DNA of 61,477 nt, filler included, from Vannella sp. (taxonomy: Eukaryota), in the NCBI GenBank assembly GCA_023345925.1. It is 4 parts of 4 records of this genome, joined end to end, with 100 filler letters (N's around TTAATTAATTAA, not from the genome) between each part and the next. Parts side by side here need not be neighbours in the genome. Positions count along the whole stretch, not along the records: positions 1 to 21,223 come from JAJQQN010000895.1; positions 21,324 to 26,723 come from JAJQQN010000839.1; 2 more parts are not named here. One strand, given 5' to 3'. Positions 11,902 through 24,501 of this stretch are shown piece after piece (within the stretch, counting starts at the first letter, position 1; the number at the start of each line of letters is the position of its first letter). Under the pieces are notes generated by a model. That model had not been told where the DNA came from. It saw only the letters and a program-made list of their open reading frames with translations, and did not search any database. A program made the position numbers and the translations under genes.

Positions 11902-14900
11902 TCAGGATAAGTCCGCAATGTCGCATTTGGTGATTCGGCTTCTTTGGCTGGAAAGGGGTGAGGAATAAGTAGAGAAGAGAAGGGACAAACGTACTCCATG
12001 TCTTTGGAAACCCTCCAGTAGTGTTCGGCACGGTCACTGCGTCCTAAGAGTTGAACAAACTCTTCATCGTGAGTGATGACGATCAACTGGAAGTTTCCTG
12101 TGCGACTGCGGACATCAATCAGACTAGAAGTAGTAGTGGGGTTAGTTCATCCGAGCCACTTCTCTCACATCAACTTACTCGACCAACGCGGCGGCAAAAC
12201 TGTCCACATTTTCACGATCGAGGTTAGTGGTGGGTTCGTCTAAGGCAATCACATTGCAATTCACTCCCAGGGACTCTGCCAAAGCCAATCGAATGACCAA
12301 AGAAGCTAGCACTTTCTGACCTGCACTGCACCGCCCTCTCATTTCCAACTCACAGTCTCCCTTGACCATGATGACTCGATAATTGTAAGAGCGAGCGCCG
12401 TCGTTATCCGCGCGAATCTCGATTGTGTCAATGTCGGCACCTTTGTAAGTGCTTTGCCAGAGTTCCTTGAGCAGGCGGTTGATCTCTTCGATCTTCATGG
12501 CGTGGTACTGCATGATTGCGCTATCTAAAGTACCAGAGAATCGCTCCACATCCTCTACTGCCATCACGCGACTACTTAGAATGGCCATCATATTCTTGAA
12601 CTCTCTCTCTACCTCCTGGTACATCGGTTTGGACAGGTCAGACTGACACTTTGCCGCTTGTGCGCGGTAAACATTCCTCATGCCAGAGAGTTTCTGGAAC
12701 TTGGCAGTAGCAACCTTAAGACGAGCCTCTGATTTTTCTTTCTCCCTGATGACTTCTTGTGGGGGAGTGGCAGACTTTGCATCAAGCCCGGAGAGCTTCC
12801 GATTGACTTCTTCAATCTCCGCCCGCTGCCTGCGAAGGGCAATATTATCGTCAAGGAGGCGTTTTGCCATCTCGCTAGTATTCACGCTTTCAGACAAGGC
12901 AGTAAGTTGCTTCCGTCTGCTTTCGCAATCTTTTTCCAAATCGGCTACTTCAGCAGCCAAAAGAGCAACCTTTCTTGTTAATTCCCCTTGCTGGCTGGCC
13001 AGTTTCACCAGAGAAGTCTCCTGTGCTTGTTTGACGAAATTGCGAACGACCAGAAGCTGCGAGAAAAAGGAATCTTTGCTTTTCTGCGCGTCTTCTTCTT
13101 GGATTCGACGAGCCTTGCTGCTTGCAGAGTGCTCTTCTTGTAGAGCATCTATGGCCTGTTGTTTTGCTTGGACAAGAGCACTGTGATTCCGATTGGCTTC
13201 CTCCAGAGTCACGCATTCTGCAGATAACTGACTGATTTCCTGTCGAAGGGAATCAATTGCCTTCGCAGAGTTATTAGCTGCCAGAAGATCTGTTTTTGCG
13301 GTGCTGATTCCCTTGTGGCACTCATTGATAATCCTTTGACAATCTTTCTCTTTCTTCTGTAGAGTAGAGAGCTTTTTTGTTATGGATTGAAGTGCCAAAC
13401 GTAGCTCATCATGCTTGGTATTGGCTTCCTCTGCTGTCAAAGTAAATGTTGTGACAGGTACGTCCCGTTCGAGACGTTTGTGTTGTCCCAAGGCTGATAG
13501 CCAACTAGAATGGTCCTTTTCCAAGCTTGAAACAATATTTGCTAACTCCTTCAGCAATTGAAGGGTCTCTTGTTCCTTTCTGGATGACTCCTCTGCTGAA
13601 GCAACGTCATCTTCAACGGCCTTGGCTTGGGATTCCAGAGAGGAGTTCTCAAGGGAGCGAGCTTCGATTTCGGTCTCAATTCGTTCGCAGCTATTCCAGT
13701 AAGGGAGGAGTAAAGATAGTCTCTCCAGTTCCGCATTGGCATCCTGGAGTGCAATTCCCTGTTCATCTAGCTGAGCGGGCACCTTCTCCAAGCTGACCTG
13801 TAACTTTGACATCAGCTCTGCAAGACCACTTTGGTCCATTGAACGGTCGCAAAGTGGACAACTGTGAGACTCAGAACCCTGCTCCATGAAGCTTTGATAG
13901 ATGATTTCTGCACTCTTGGCCATTGTAATGTCTCTTTGTCGGGCCTGGATCGTCTTTTCTACCTTTTTGATCAGCTCTGGAACGGATTTTCCAGACAGGT
14001 CTTTGAGATGAGCACGAGAACGTTGGAGCTCTTGCTTAAGCCTCTTAAGATCCTCAAGGTTTGCGTTGAGTCGGCCGCTGGTCTTACTGTTGAGATCACG
14101 CTGGACCTTCAAGAGTCTTTCGGCCTTCAAGGCTGCTTGCTGTTGGGACTTTAACCTCTCTGCAATTGTTTTTCGCACTGCAAGAGGGGAGAAGTCTTCC
14201 CTACTTGCCTCTTCGAGAATGAGATTCTCGTCAAGAAAAGCACCAGATTTGGCCAAAAGATCCTTCAATTTCCCAAACCAGGTGGCGCGCTTCTGATCAA
14301 GAGTTTGCCTACTAACTTCCACCTTCGATAGAAGAGCAGCATTCCTGTTAATGTGGGAGAGGGCGGAGAGAATTTGCTGAGACTCTCGCTCATTCTCTTC
14401 CTTCTGAGAGGCAAGTTGAGCAATCTTTTCTTCGAACATCTCGTCCACAAGTTGCTTTTGCCTGTTTTTGAGCTCTTCCTCTTTCTCTGCGATGGAGGCC
14501 TCCAAAGTCTCAATGTGGCTGATCATTCTGAGATTCTTTTCAATCTCAGCCTGCTGTTTCTCCTTCTTTCGCTCATTCTCCTTGATTTTCCGGCTGTTGG
14601 AAGCGATGGTCGATGTGACGGAAGCTAGCTCAGACTTGAGAACGCCTCTCTCGACAGAGAACTTATCGTTTTCTGTCTTGATTCGTTCCCGAACCGCATT
14701 GATCTTGTCAGTTAGATGTTTGAGTCTCTCAGTAGCGTGTTGGAGGAAAGTGGCCACCGCTTCTTCTGATGAGGATTGGGTCCAAATAATGTCAGCAGAG
14801 GTCGCGAGGCTTCTGATAGCCTCATCTCGGCTTTCGACAAGCTTTTTGGCTGCGCTGATTTGGGACCCCAAAGATCTGAGATCTCCCTCTGCTTTCTGGA

Positions 14901-15975
14901 GGTTTCGTGAGCTTGAAGTAAGCTGAGAGTGTTTCTCTGCAAGCTGGCGTTCGCCTGCCACCTTCTTCTGTCGTGTTTGGTTGACTTCTTGGTCAAAGTT
15001 GCGTTGTAATACGAGTAGTTCTTCATCTGTCTCAGAATACTGCTCTTTGAGCCTCGCCTCCATCTCTTGGCAGCTTCGAGCGAGAATTTGCCGTTGTGAT
15101 CGGAAGGTGTCTCTCTGCTTGATGGCCAACCGTGCGGCTTCCTCTTGAGAACGATACTTCTCTACTTGGGCCCCCTCCTCCTGCATTTGCTTTTCGAATT
15201 CTTCAATTCCAGCATCTGCTTCTGCAAGCTCCCTTGCAAAGGAATCTAGGTCGGCTCTGAAGGAATCTGCCTGAACCTTTCTGTCTTGAATACCTTTGAG
15301 GCTGAGCTGCGCTTCCTTAACGTCTTGTGTTAGCTTCTTCTTCCGGGATTTGAGTTCTTCAAGTGCCTTGTTGAACTTGGCTGCACAGAAGAGTTCATCA
15401 AACTTGAGCTTCACTTTGGTCTTTTCCAGCATTGGCCAATTGGAATCTTCTTGGTGGCAGAAGATAACGCTATTGAAGATGGCCTTTGAAACGCCCATCC
15501 TATGGGAGATGAGCAAGTCAATGTCTGCGCAACGGTGGGATTGAGTTAGTTTCTTTCCATCTTTCCAAACCCCAAGGGTGGATTCTCGGGACTTGAACTC
15601 GAGCTTTCCTCTCTTTTGAGTGACCTGCATTGAGCGAGCGACAACGTAAGCCATTCCCTTTACATCACGGAACTTGAGGCGTATCTGCGCCGCGATCTCT
15701 GTGCTTCCTGCCACTTTCGGATCGTGTACAAACGCTTGACCGTTCGAACAGTTAGGAGGCAGTTCTCCACAAGTTGCATACTTGAGGCACTCAATGATTG
15801 TCTAGTTCAGGTCAACCAACCGCAAACAAACAGAAATAGCCCGGCTCACCGTCTTCCCCGCGCCATTGTGACCCACTATCACCGTTAAGGGCTTGTAGAA
15901 CTCGATGATGTTGTCACTTGCGTTGCCCCCAAAGCTACGGATGTTAGAAATCGACAACCGTTCGATGGTGGACAT
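11902..15975 (-). CDS. RAD50: DNA repair ATPase Rad50 (about 1310 aa, 4 exons)
   Basis: Walker A GHNGAGKT, FCHQEDSNWP, long coiled coil with CPLC zinc hook, signature MRGRCSAGQKVLAS, Walker B ALDEPTTNLD and ITHDE. Confidence 0.97.
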
Positions 15976-16098
15976 CAGAGGAGCTCCCAGCAAATGACAG
16001 AACCAATGGCGCGAGGGAAACGGTGATTACTCTTTTTGAAAAATACTTGGAAATGCTTCAAATTCCAAGAATTCAAAAACTGTATGTTTATTTTTCTC

Positions 16099-17067
16099 TC
16101 AAGCAAGCAGAGCGATCATGAGGAGCCCAAAGGCCACTTTGAGAGTTTGGACACTTCCGTTGTCGCCTTTGTTGAAGGCAGTGGTCAAGCCGTAGCCGTC
16201 TGGTAGAGAGTTGGTGGGGCGGCCATAATAGTCAGGGACAATGATTTCGGCGCCTGCAGGGATGATGTATACGTCCCCGTACGCTCCTCCTTTGAAGGTG
16301 ATCAGCTCGTTACCGTTGCAGGTAACTCCGTAGTCTCCAACACGAGCGAAGGAGATGCGGTCGTGAGTGGAGGTGGTGTAAATGTCCGTAGTAAGTGGTT
16401 CTCCGTTACTGGATTGAGTATGAATGCTTCCCAAGGTACCATCAAACAAGATGTAAACGAGAGCGAGCCCACGAGCGGATTCCTCGCGGAAGACACCCGC
16501 CCCGATGCGTTTGTTTTGGTAAATGTTTCCGAACTCGTAGCCAGCGGCAGGAGCCGTATCATCACGATAGGTGTAACTTGCAACGTAGCGGTCGTCTGCT
16601 CCCAAGCAAAGGTCCAACAATCCACCGTCCAGCTCCCAACGGCCGATGATGTCTCCCTCCGAGGCCAAAAGAGCGCACTTGTACCCGTCCACAGAGTCGC
16701 TGCCAATGAGTTGCTCGTTCCAAGTGAATTCGATGTCCGTATTACCAAGGCAGGTGAAGAAGCCCTCGAAAGATCGTCCGTCGGTGGACAAGACAAAGCG
16801 GAAAGCTCCGTTGTTGCAGTTGTTCTGATTGCCTCCTTCGAAGAACCGTCCGGTCATAACATTGCCAAATGCCTCCGTCTGCCCTTGGATAAGGCCAAAC
16901 TCAGAGTACATGCCACTGACTGCTCCGTTGGGTGCCACGCAGATGTTCAGAACCCCTCCCAGACCTCCGTACTGGACCGAGTCTGTCCAAGTACTCGAAA
17001 CCCAAGTGTTGGCACTAACCAACGTAATCAAGAGCGCGCTGACTACCAGAACAACAAGTCGCGGCAT
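16099..17067 (-). CDS. Secreted, probably GPI-anchored beta-rich surface protein of unknown function
   Basis: Single 322-aa ORF with a signal peptide, a hydrophobic C-terminus without a cytosolic tail, and an apparent internal two-fold repeat. Confidence 0.8.
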   Translation of the reverse strand: MPRLVVLVVSALLITLVSANTWVSSTWTDSVQYGGLGGVLNICVAPNGAVSGMYSEFGLIQGQTEAFGNVMTGRFFEGGNQNNCNNGAFRFVLSTDGRSFEGFFTCLGNTDIEFTWNEQLIGSDSVDGYKCALLASEGDIIGRWELDGGLLDLCLGADDRYVASYTYRDDTAPAAGYEFGNIYQNKRIGAGVFREESARGLALVYILFDGTLGSIHTQSSNGEPLTTDIYTTSTHDRISFARVGDYGVTCNGNELITFKGGAYGDVYIIPAGAEIIVPDYYGRPTNSLPDGYGLTTAFNKGDNGSVQTLKVAFGLLMIALLA

Positions 17068-17266
17068 GAGAAAGTGCCACCATTGGGTGACACACGCGTG
17101 ACATGCCGTGACAGCAAGGCACGAGACAGGCCGACACCACCTCCTCTGTCACAACCCCTTCCAACTGCCACAACAAGGTTCAGGTTCATCCAGTCGCAGG
17201 TTCATCCACTACTGCCACCTTTTGCTGACGAGGGCCCACGTGGGAGTCCTCTTCCCACATGGATTC

Positions 17267-20200
17267 ATGAATAGAGTCTCTGTTTGGGAGTCATTTCGTT
17301 TGGCGGGGATGTTGGCGGCTCATCTTCAGTTGCCAGCAGATGCTGAGGCTCTGGGGGAGTCTCATATCACCCTCTCTGAGAATGGAGAGCATCTTTGTGT
17401 GGTAAGGCATCAAACAGTGCTCTTGTGGGAGAAGAAGAGTGGAAGGAAGATGAAGGCGGACGTGGAGCTGTAAGTTTGTGCGAGATCGTCCATACTTCGG
17501 GGATCTTACGAGTCTCTGGACTTGTAGGACTTCACCAGTGACAAGCACTGCCTATCTGAACGTCACAGGAATGGGAGGGCTCATCGGTAAACTGTATTGC
17601 GTCATTCTTGGGTGTGGAGACGGAGAGTTCCTGGTTCTCTCTGCCACCACAGGCACCATCCTCTTGCGACAGCATCTTCATGATCAACCAGTCCACAGAA
17701 TCAAGGCCAGAACCTCTCCATCTGTCCCCCTTGTGGGAGGACATGAGAGCGACGAGCAGTTGGCCGTCCTCTTCACGGACTCCACGCTCGTTCTGATCGA
17801 GGGAGAAGCTCTTATAGCTACCTTACACTCAGAGTATCTCCGCAAGACCGAGGAGCGGTATGAAGGAGAGGTAACAGCATTGTCTTTCCGCAAGTTCCGC
17901 CTTAAAGTCACAGGTGCTGGGGCTGTCACTGATGTTATCACAGTGGGCCACTCTGGACTGCGGGAAACAAAGAAGGGCACGATGATCGTGGCCGTGGGGA
18001 AGAGCCCCATGGTTTCTGTCTTCCTGAGTACCAGAGACTCCAACTCCCTCGTTACTCTGGCCTCGCATGTGGCCACGAAGCTCACATCTTCTCTGGTGTC
18101 TTACGCAAAGAGCTGGTGGGGAACACCCGCGCCAGTCACTGATCCAACCACTGGGAACGTTCCCCCTCGCATTCCCAAGTCCTTCTCCCTCACCAGGAGC
18201 ACCCAGTTGGAGGATCCCACTCGAAAGATTCTGTGCGTGGTGCAGGATGGCACAGGTCGACTGGGTGCCTTCGCAGACAACCTGGGACGAATCTGCCTTC
18301 TCGACCTTCTTTACTCGCCTCCCGTTGTCATTCGGATGTGGAAAGGCTACAGAGATGCTCAATTGGCCTTTCTACAAACGAACATGGCCACAGCAAAGGA
18401 GTCCTCCTTCTCTGCGTCTCAGTTTCTTGCAATCTATGCTCCTCGACGGGGCCTCTTGGAGATCTGGCAGGCCAGGAATGGGAATCGCCAAGCTATTATC
18501 GATGTGGGAGATCGTTGCTCTCTTTTGAATGACGGGAGATGCTTCGGGAAGGACCCGATGATGCCGGGGAGTTTCTCGTGCTTTCTGCTCCATCGAGATA
18601 CGGGCCTTATTCAGGCCATAACTGCGGATCCTTCTCTTCTGGGTGCAAGCGAAGAGTCACAATTGAAGCTTGCAAGCTTTTTGGGGGTGGTGGATCGTTT
18701 GGAAGAGCTTAATTCTGAAGAACGCAGCAAGACACAGCCACTCTTCGAGGAGCTTCTCTCGTGCGTTCCCAAGATAGATTCCCCAGAGCATTTTAGCGCA
18801 ATAGTACAAAGAGTACTTTCTGTAGCCCTTGCCCAAGCAAGGAGTCGAGAAGAACCTCCCACATTCCCCATTCCTTTCTTGGTGGAACTGCTGAAACTCA
18901 TTTGCGCTGAGTTGGACCGCAAATTGCACCACACGAATCACCCCCTTGCTTTGGCATCTGCCCACGATCAAGAGCTTCTCCGCCTCCAAAGGGTTCGTAG
19001 TTATCTTCAAGGCATTCAAGCACTTCAACAGCTGTCAAGCCAAAGTGCAACCGGGGTTCAGCAACCAAACATAATCGAAGAGTATCTGAAACTCTCTCTT
19101 GAAGGCGTCGCAGAACTTAGCTGCATCAAAGGACCTTCACAAGGAGAAACGCCTTCTATTTCAGTCTCCTTCCTGGACCATATCGACCTCAATACCGGCC
19201 AAGCGAAACAAAGCGCTCAGGAAATGTATGTTTTAGAGCAGCTATTCTCAGCTTTGCTTCTCCCTCAAATGCCAAACACCATTTCCTTGCTCAAAGTCGC
19301 CTTCAAATTTCTCTCCATCAGCGGGTCTACCCTCCAAAGTCTCTTCGCTCTCTGGATATTTCGACTTCCTATTGGCCGTCTCCTGCAAGTCCCCAAGTGG
19401 GAAGTCGAGCACATTGGGGAACAATGGAGTGTTCAAGTTTTCATTGAGCAGATCCTTTTAGCTGGCTCCCCCACTAACCTGACAGATATTGACCCTCTGG
19501 ACGCTCTCTATCACAGGTGCGCTGACACCTCCCATATTTTATCTGCTGCTTTAGTGGTGCAAGTTATTCTTGATGGTTATCGGAGCAGTGCGTTCGAACA
19601 AAAGGCATTCTTAAGGCGTTGGACTGTTCTCAAGAAGAACCTCCATTCACTGATCCAATTGGGTACTGATTTCCCTCCTTCTATCCATCGATGCTATCCC
19701 TTGAGCATCGCGTCTTTTGAAACCACCTCTTCCGTTTTCTTTTATGCTGCTCTGTTTGGACTCTTTAGCGGGTCTAAAACATTCCCCTTTGCACTTCCAA
19801 GAGATGAAATCCCAGTCCCTACACAAGAAACTGTCCAAAAAGGACAAAAGAAGCTGGAAGAACTCTTCCCAGCTCATTTCCTTCACTCAGAAGCCGTCTC
19901 GCTCACACAGATGCACCAGATATGCCTGTTAGGCGATGCTTGGTTGCAAAGTCTTTCGTCTGGAATAGGAAACTTGGAGTTGTTTAAAGCTACTGTCCAA
20001 CTCACTTCTGCCTTGGATACTTCCCTCACTCTCAAGAAAGGACTTGTCATGCGGGTATGGCAAAAATACTGTTGCCCGCAGGCATTAGCAATCGCCAATC
20101 TCATTGAGAAAGTCAAGAAAGTGCCCAATCAGCGAATGCTTCAACGCAACGTATCTTTAACGTCTCAAGAATGTCAATCCTTTCTTTCGAGTTGCTTGGA

Positions 20201-21160
20201 AGTGCTGGAGATTCTGCAACTCTTTGTATCGGACGAAAGCGAAGCTCCTTACCGCCCTGAAGAGGAGAGTAGCTCAACGTGGCCCACTGTATTTGATTCC
20301 TTGTGCAATCAACTCCATCGGACGGCTGCAGATCACGTGTGCTCTTCTGGCGGAGTAATCCGTCACACTTTGGCTTTGGAAGTGATTCGGGTCATATTCA
20401 GTGCTGACCTCCGTCTTGTCCAGCCGCTGCGCTTGTTTGTCTCGTCGAATACCCTTTTCTCCTCCCTGAAGGAGGTCAATGAAGCAACCGAAGAAGCAGA
20501 GCCCATTCGAGTGGCTCGCCAGCGCTTCGTGGCCAATCTATTGCTCAAGGACATTCAGCTGGCTGAATCCCTTTCTATTCGTCTTTCAGTGGAGCTGACA
20601 GAAGCTATCCTGCAAGTAGGTGACTTCTTTCTGATCACAAACTCGCTTAACTCACTCTTTAGGCTGCTTCGGAGCTCTTTTCCCAATACAGTGACGAGGC
20701 TGCCATTAGGCTCCTCCACGCAGAACAGCTCCCTGTCACAAAACGCCAGGCTGCGTTTGTTTCAGAAGTGAAGCGGAGGGCTGATGAATGGATCTTGACT
20801 CAACCTCATGCTCAAGCTGCCCTTTCTCGAACCACCAAAAAGTTCATCAACCCGGTAAGTCACTGCTTCTCCTCCTTTGAGCCCACACACCCAAGTGTTT
20901 CTCACAAGAACCAGAAATACAAAGGGAAAGTGGCTCCTCATTATGCCCTCGTGACGGACCAAGAAACCAAATCTAGCTTACACCAGCAAGTGGAAAGCAT
21001 TCAAAAACTTCTCTCCCAACTCCCCAAGGAGAGCGAAGCTCCTTTGGGTGAGATCCGAGACCTTGTCGTCGAGATGCTGTCCGACACGTTCGACCTTTGG
21101 CACATTGAAGATGATCTTCCTGACTTGGAAACACGCACGGGTCAAGAGGGAATACTATGA
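17267..21160 (+). CDS. RAB3GAP2: Rab3 GTPase-activating protein non-catalytic subunit
   Basis: Family motifs DNLGRICL, VIRMWKGYRDAQ and LAIYAPRRGLLEIW. Introns near 17470, 20616 and 20855. Confidence 0.85.
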
Positions 21161-21223
21161 ACCTACTACCAAGGTGGGCAGGCTCCGAAATAGGTCGAAT
21201 ACACAAATACATTAAACCAGCCA

Positions 21224-21323
21224 NNNNNNNNNNNNNNNNNNNNNNNNNNNNNNNNNNNNNNNNNNNNTTAATTAATTAANNNNNNNNNNNNNNNNNNNNN
21301 NNNNNNNNNNNNNNNNNNNNNNN
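21224..21323. other. Artificial contig-joining linker
   Basis: N44-TTAATTAATTAA-N44, which places stop codons in all six frames. Confidence 0.97.
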
Positions 21324-21491
21324 GAGGGTTCTGCAACCGAGAGGTAACAACTGAACTTAACTGCTGACAATAAAGGGAGGCGCCACTTCCAGGACTGCTT
21401 CTGCAGTGTCCATCGTCAAATCAAGGACCCTCTTCGAATAGCACGCATTCTTTATCATAGCGACAATAGGAACTGCCCTTCAAGATAGTCG

Positions 21492-22739
21492 TTAGGCTTC
21501 CTTTCTTTTCGCTTTCCGATTCAATTGTGAATGAACGGGGGTTTGAGAGTCTTTCAGGGCCTGTTGGCGCCGCATCTCTTCGTAAAGAACAAACCACACA
21601 AAAGCACTGATGCTCACAGAAATCCCAATGCTGACAGGGGACGACAGTCGTAAGCAACAGAAGATAACGACACAATAAAGGCAACATAAGATGATCATTA
21701 GTCCAATCTTTGGCGCGGGGACTGGCATCTTTTGCCAGGTAAACGAAACCCAGAAAAAGAATCCAGTAAACAATAAGAATGGGATGCGATAGACCCATGG
21801 CCTCATGCTCCATCCATCATCGAAAAGCTCTTCTATGCTGAGCTGACCGGATTGAATGAAAGCCATTTCGTCCCCACATAGGGAACGAAACAATCCCAGA
21901 TCGCCACGCTCGTTCTTTTGCATGGCAATGAGAGAAACAACTCCAGTGGGCTTGAGAACTTGGAAACGAGCTCGAACGTCCCCTGGAGCGCAGTTGTAAA
22001 CGTATCTACCAAGACGATTTTGGTATAAAGCCCCTGGGAAGTCATGATAGAAGTAACCATCGTCCAGGTAGCGAAAAAAGGAAGAAGCTTGGCTTGACTC
22101 GAAGGCAAGCAAGCTTTTTTCATCAGGAATCCAATCTTGAAGCTTCACACGATTGCCAAGCATCGCTTCGTCATCCACAGAGTACTCTCCCACTGTAAAG
22201 TTGGAGGGAATGTTCGTGAGTGTGGGATACGGGGAAAGTTGACGAAAGGAGGACTTGGTTTGTTTGCACCACTCCCGTTTCACGGTCTTGTGACCGTGAC
22301 CTTTTCGACAGTATTCTACTTCTCTCACAAACATGACCGAGCCTGGCGGAGCTTCCATGTTGAAGGACTCGTCACCAGTGGGAGGAGTGAAGGAGATCTG
22401 GTCCGATTGGAGGTAAACAAAGCGTCCAACATTCTCAACGGAAGGAGAACTGCTTGCAGGGACCACCTCAGCCAATGTCTGAGCTCTGCAGTAGTGCTCA
22501 CTCTCAAATTCACGAAGAAACCACATCGCGCATCCGAATGCCATAACGATGCAGAGAAGGATTTGACACGGGGTCGTGGGTTCGCGAACCTTTCCCTTCG
22601 GCATCCCCCCAAGAAATGACACACAACAGCCACACTTGACCCTTCTTTTGACTTTCCTTGAAACTCGCAAGAAGCCCGCAAGCTCGAACCTCGTCCAGAA
22701 GCAAAAGGTGCAGAGTCTGATGGATTCGAACAAAGTCAT
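21492..22739 (-). CDS. TMEM43/DUF1625-like membrane protein, paralogue A (intronless; start at 22739 or 22604)
   Basis: N-terminal TM, luminal domain with ENVGRFVY, REVEY and GDVRARF, then C-terminal TM helices. Clearly similar to the adjacent copy. Confidence 0.7.
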   Translation of the reverse strand: MTLFESIRLCTFCFWTRFELAGFLRVSRKVKRRVKCGCCVSFLGGMPKGKVREPTTPCQILLCIVMAFGCAMWFLREFESEHYCRAQTLAEVVPASSSPSVENVGRFVYLQSDQISFTPPTGDESFNMEAPPGSVMFVREVEYCRKGHGHKTVKREWCKQTKSSFRQLSPYPTLTNIPSNFTVGEYSVDDEAMLGNRVKLQDWIPDEKSLLAFESSQASSFFRYLDDGYFYHDFPGALYQNRLGRYVYNCAPGDVRARFQVLKPTGVVSLIAMQKNERGDLGLFRSLCGDEMAFIQSGQLSIEELFDDGWSMRPWVYRIPFLLFTGFFFWVSFTWQKMPVPAPKIGLMIILCCLYCVVIFCCLRLSSPVSIGISVSISAFVWFVLYEEMRRQQALKDSQTPVHSQLNRKAKRKEA

Positions 22740-22958
22740 TTTGGCACCCTACTGATGAAAAGGGGGTTTGAGAGAAGAGGGGAGGTATCTCCCCGCAAAC
22801 GACCTTTCGCAACGTGTGCAACTCGCACACCTTCCAGAATGGCCCGCCTCTGGGATCTCCAGTGATCAGTCCTGAGCTTTTCAAGGCCATAAGATACCTC
22901 TGGCTGACTCGTTTTTACAGCAACCGGATGACACGCCCTGCCAGATAGCGGTGAGTCT

Positions 22959-24096
22959 TTAGTCTTCCTTTCTTTTCGCTTCTTCACTCCATTGTAGATG
23001 AATGGGAGTTTGAGAGAGTTTCAGGGCCTGTTGGTGGTGCATATCCTTGTAAAGAACAACGCACATGGCAGCACTGAGGCTCACAGCAGAACACATACTG
23101 ACAAGGGACGCCAGTCGCAAGCAACTAATGACAACGGTGCAATAAAGGGGAATATGAAATGAGGATTTGCACCATCTTTGGCGTGGAGACTGGCATCTTT
23201 TCCCAAGTAAACGAAACCCAGAAGGAGAATCCGACAACCAACAAGAAAGGGATGCGATAGATCCATGGCGGTATCTCTTCTTCGAAAAGCTCTTCCATGC
23301 TGAGCTTACCGGATTGAATGAAGGCCATTTCATTCCCACAAAGGGAACGGAACATTCCCAGATCGCCACGCACGTTCTTTTGCTTGGCAAGGAGAGAAAC
23401 AACCCCACTGGACTGTAGAACCTGGAAACGAGCTCGAATGTCCCCGGCAGCGCAATGCCCAGCGTGCCAAGAAAGGTGCCGAGTGAGTTGGTCCTTGCTT
23501 GTGGCTTCTGAATAGTTGTGGTAGAAGTATCCATTGTCCAAGTAGTGGAAAAAGGAAGAAGCCTCGCTTGACTCAAAGGCTAGCAAGCTTTTCTCATCAG
23601 GAATCCATTCTTGAAGCTTCGCACGATTGCCGAGCATCGCTTCGTCATCCACAGAGTACTCTCCCACGGTGAAGTTCGAGGCTAGGGACCTTTGTGTTGG
23701 ATACGGAGAGAGATGCACAGGATTCCTGGGCTTGGAGCTCACGTGAAAGTCAGGATCTGGTTGAGAAAGCCACTTTCGGTGCACTCTGTTATCCTTATAA
23801 ACGTACTGGCAGTATTCTACTTCTCTCACAACGATAATCGAGCCTGGTGGAGCTTCCATGTGGAAGGACTCGTCCCTTGAAGGAGGAGTGAAGAGGAGCT
23901 GATCAGATTGGAGGTAAACAAGGCGTCCAACGTTCTCCACAGAAGGAGAACTGCTTCCAGGGACCACTTGAGCCAAGGTCTGAGCTCTGCAGTAATGGTC
24001 ACTCTCACACAGATAGAGAAACCCCATCGGGAACACCAATCCCAAAGCGATCATGCAAACCACATGACCTGGGTAGCACGATAGCCATCGCCCCAA
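22959..24096 (-). pseudogene. TMEM43-like paralogue B, frameshifted
   Basis: Aligns with copy A but has one extra base in the G4 run at 23147-23150, which moves the C-terminal TMs into another frame (ORF 22959-23576). The ATG at 24088 that matches copy A's is out of frame. Confidence 0.6.
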
Positions 24097-24216
24097 AGAA
24101 ATGACACAGAACAGGACACTTGAAACCCTCTCTCCTTGACTTTCTCTGAAGCTCGTAGTACCAACAAGATCCTCGTGAAGCGCCTGAAATGATCCTCTTC
24201 GAAGAAAGGAAAGGTT

Positions 24217-24352
24217 CCTGTTAATCTGATTTTTTTTTCCACAAAAAAAAAAGAGAAACTTGGTTAATCTGATTTTTCTTCTCTAAATACCTACTTTTTT
24301 TGTTCTTCACTGAAAAAAAAAAAAAAGAAACGCTTTAAATCAGATTAACAGG
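24217..24352. repeat. Perfect 16-bp inverted repeat enclosing an A/T-rich 136-bp segment
   Basis: CCTGTTAATCTGATTT at 24217-24232 and AAATCAGATTAACAGG at 24337-24352. A third partial copy, GTTAATCTGATTTTT, starts at 24263. Confidence 0.85.
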
Positions 24353-24501
24353 CTTTTTTTCATGTCAGGTCACACTTGCTTGTCCGCCCTCCGTATTAAT
24401 CTCACCAGGTTTCGAAAGAATTTGCGGGGCAAGAGGAATCGCAGAGGAATTCGCCACAATGGGGACGAAATCTCCATTTCCTTTTCGCCTGTCTCCGGTG
24501 T

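Noticed and set aside
11902..15975. Rad50/SbcC-like ATPase near a phosphatase and a metallophosphoesterase as a possible prokaryote-style defence system
   Set aside because: These are ordinary spliced eukaryotic housekeeping genes with no functional linkage evident.
16363..17274. 303-aa plus-strand ORF and many similar 60-230 aa ORFs
   Set aside because: They are antisense or alternative-frame shadows of real genes and show no recognisable motifs.
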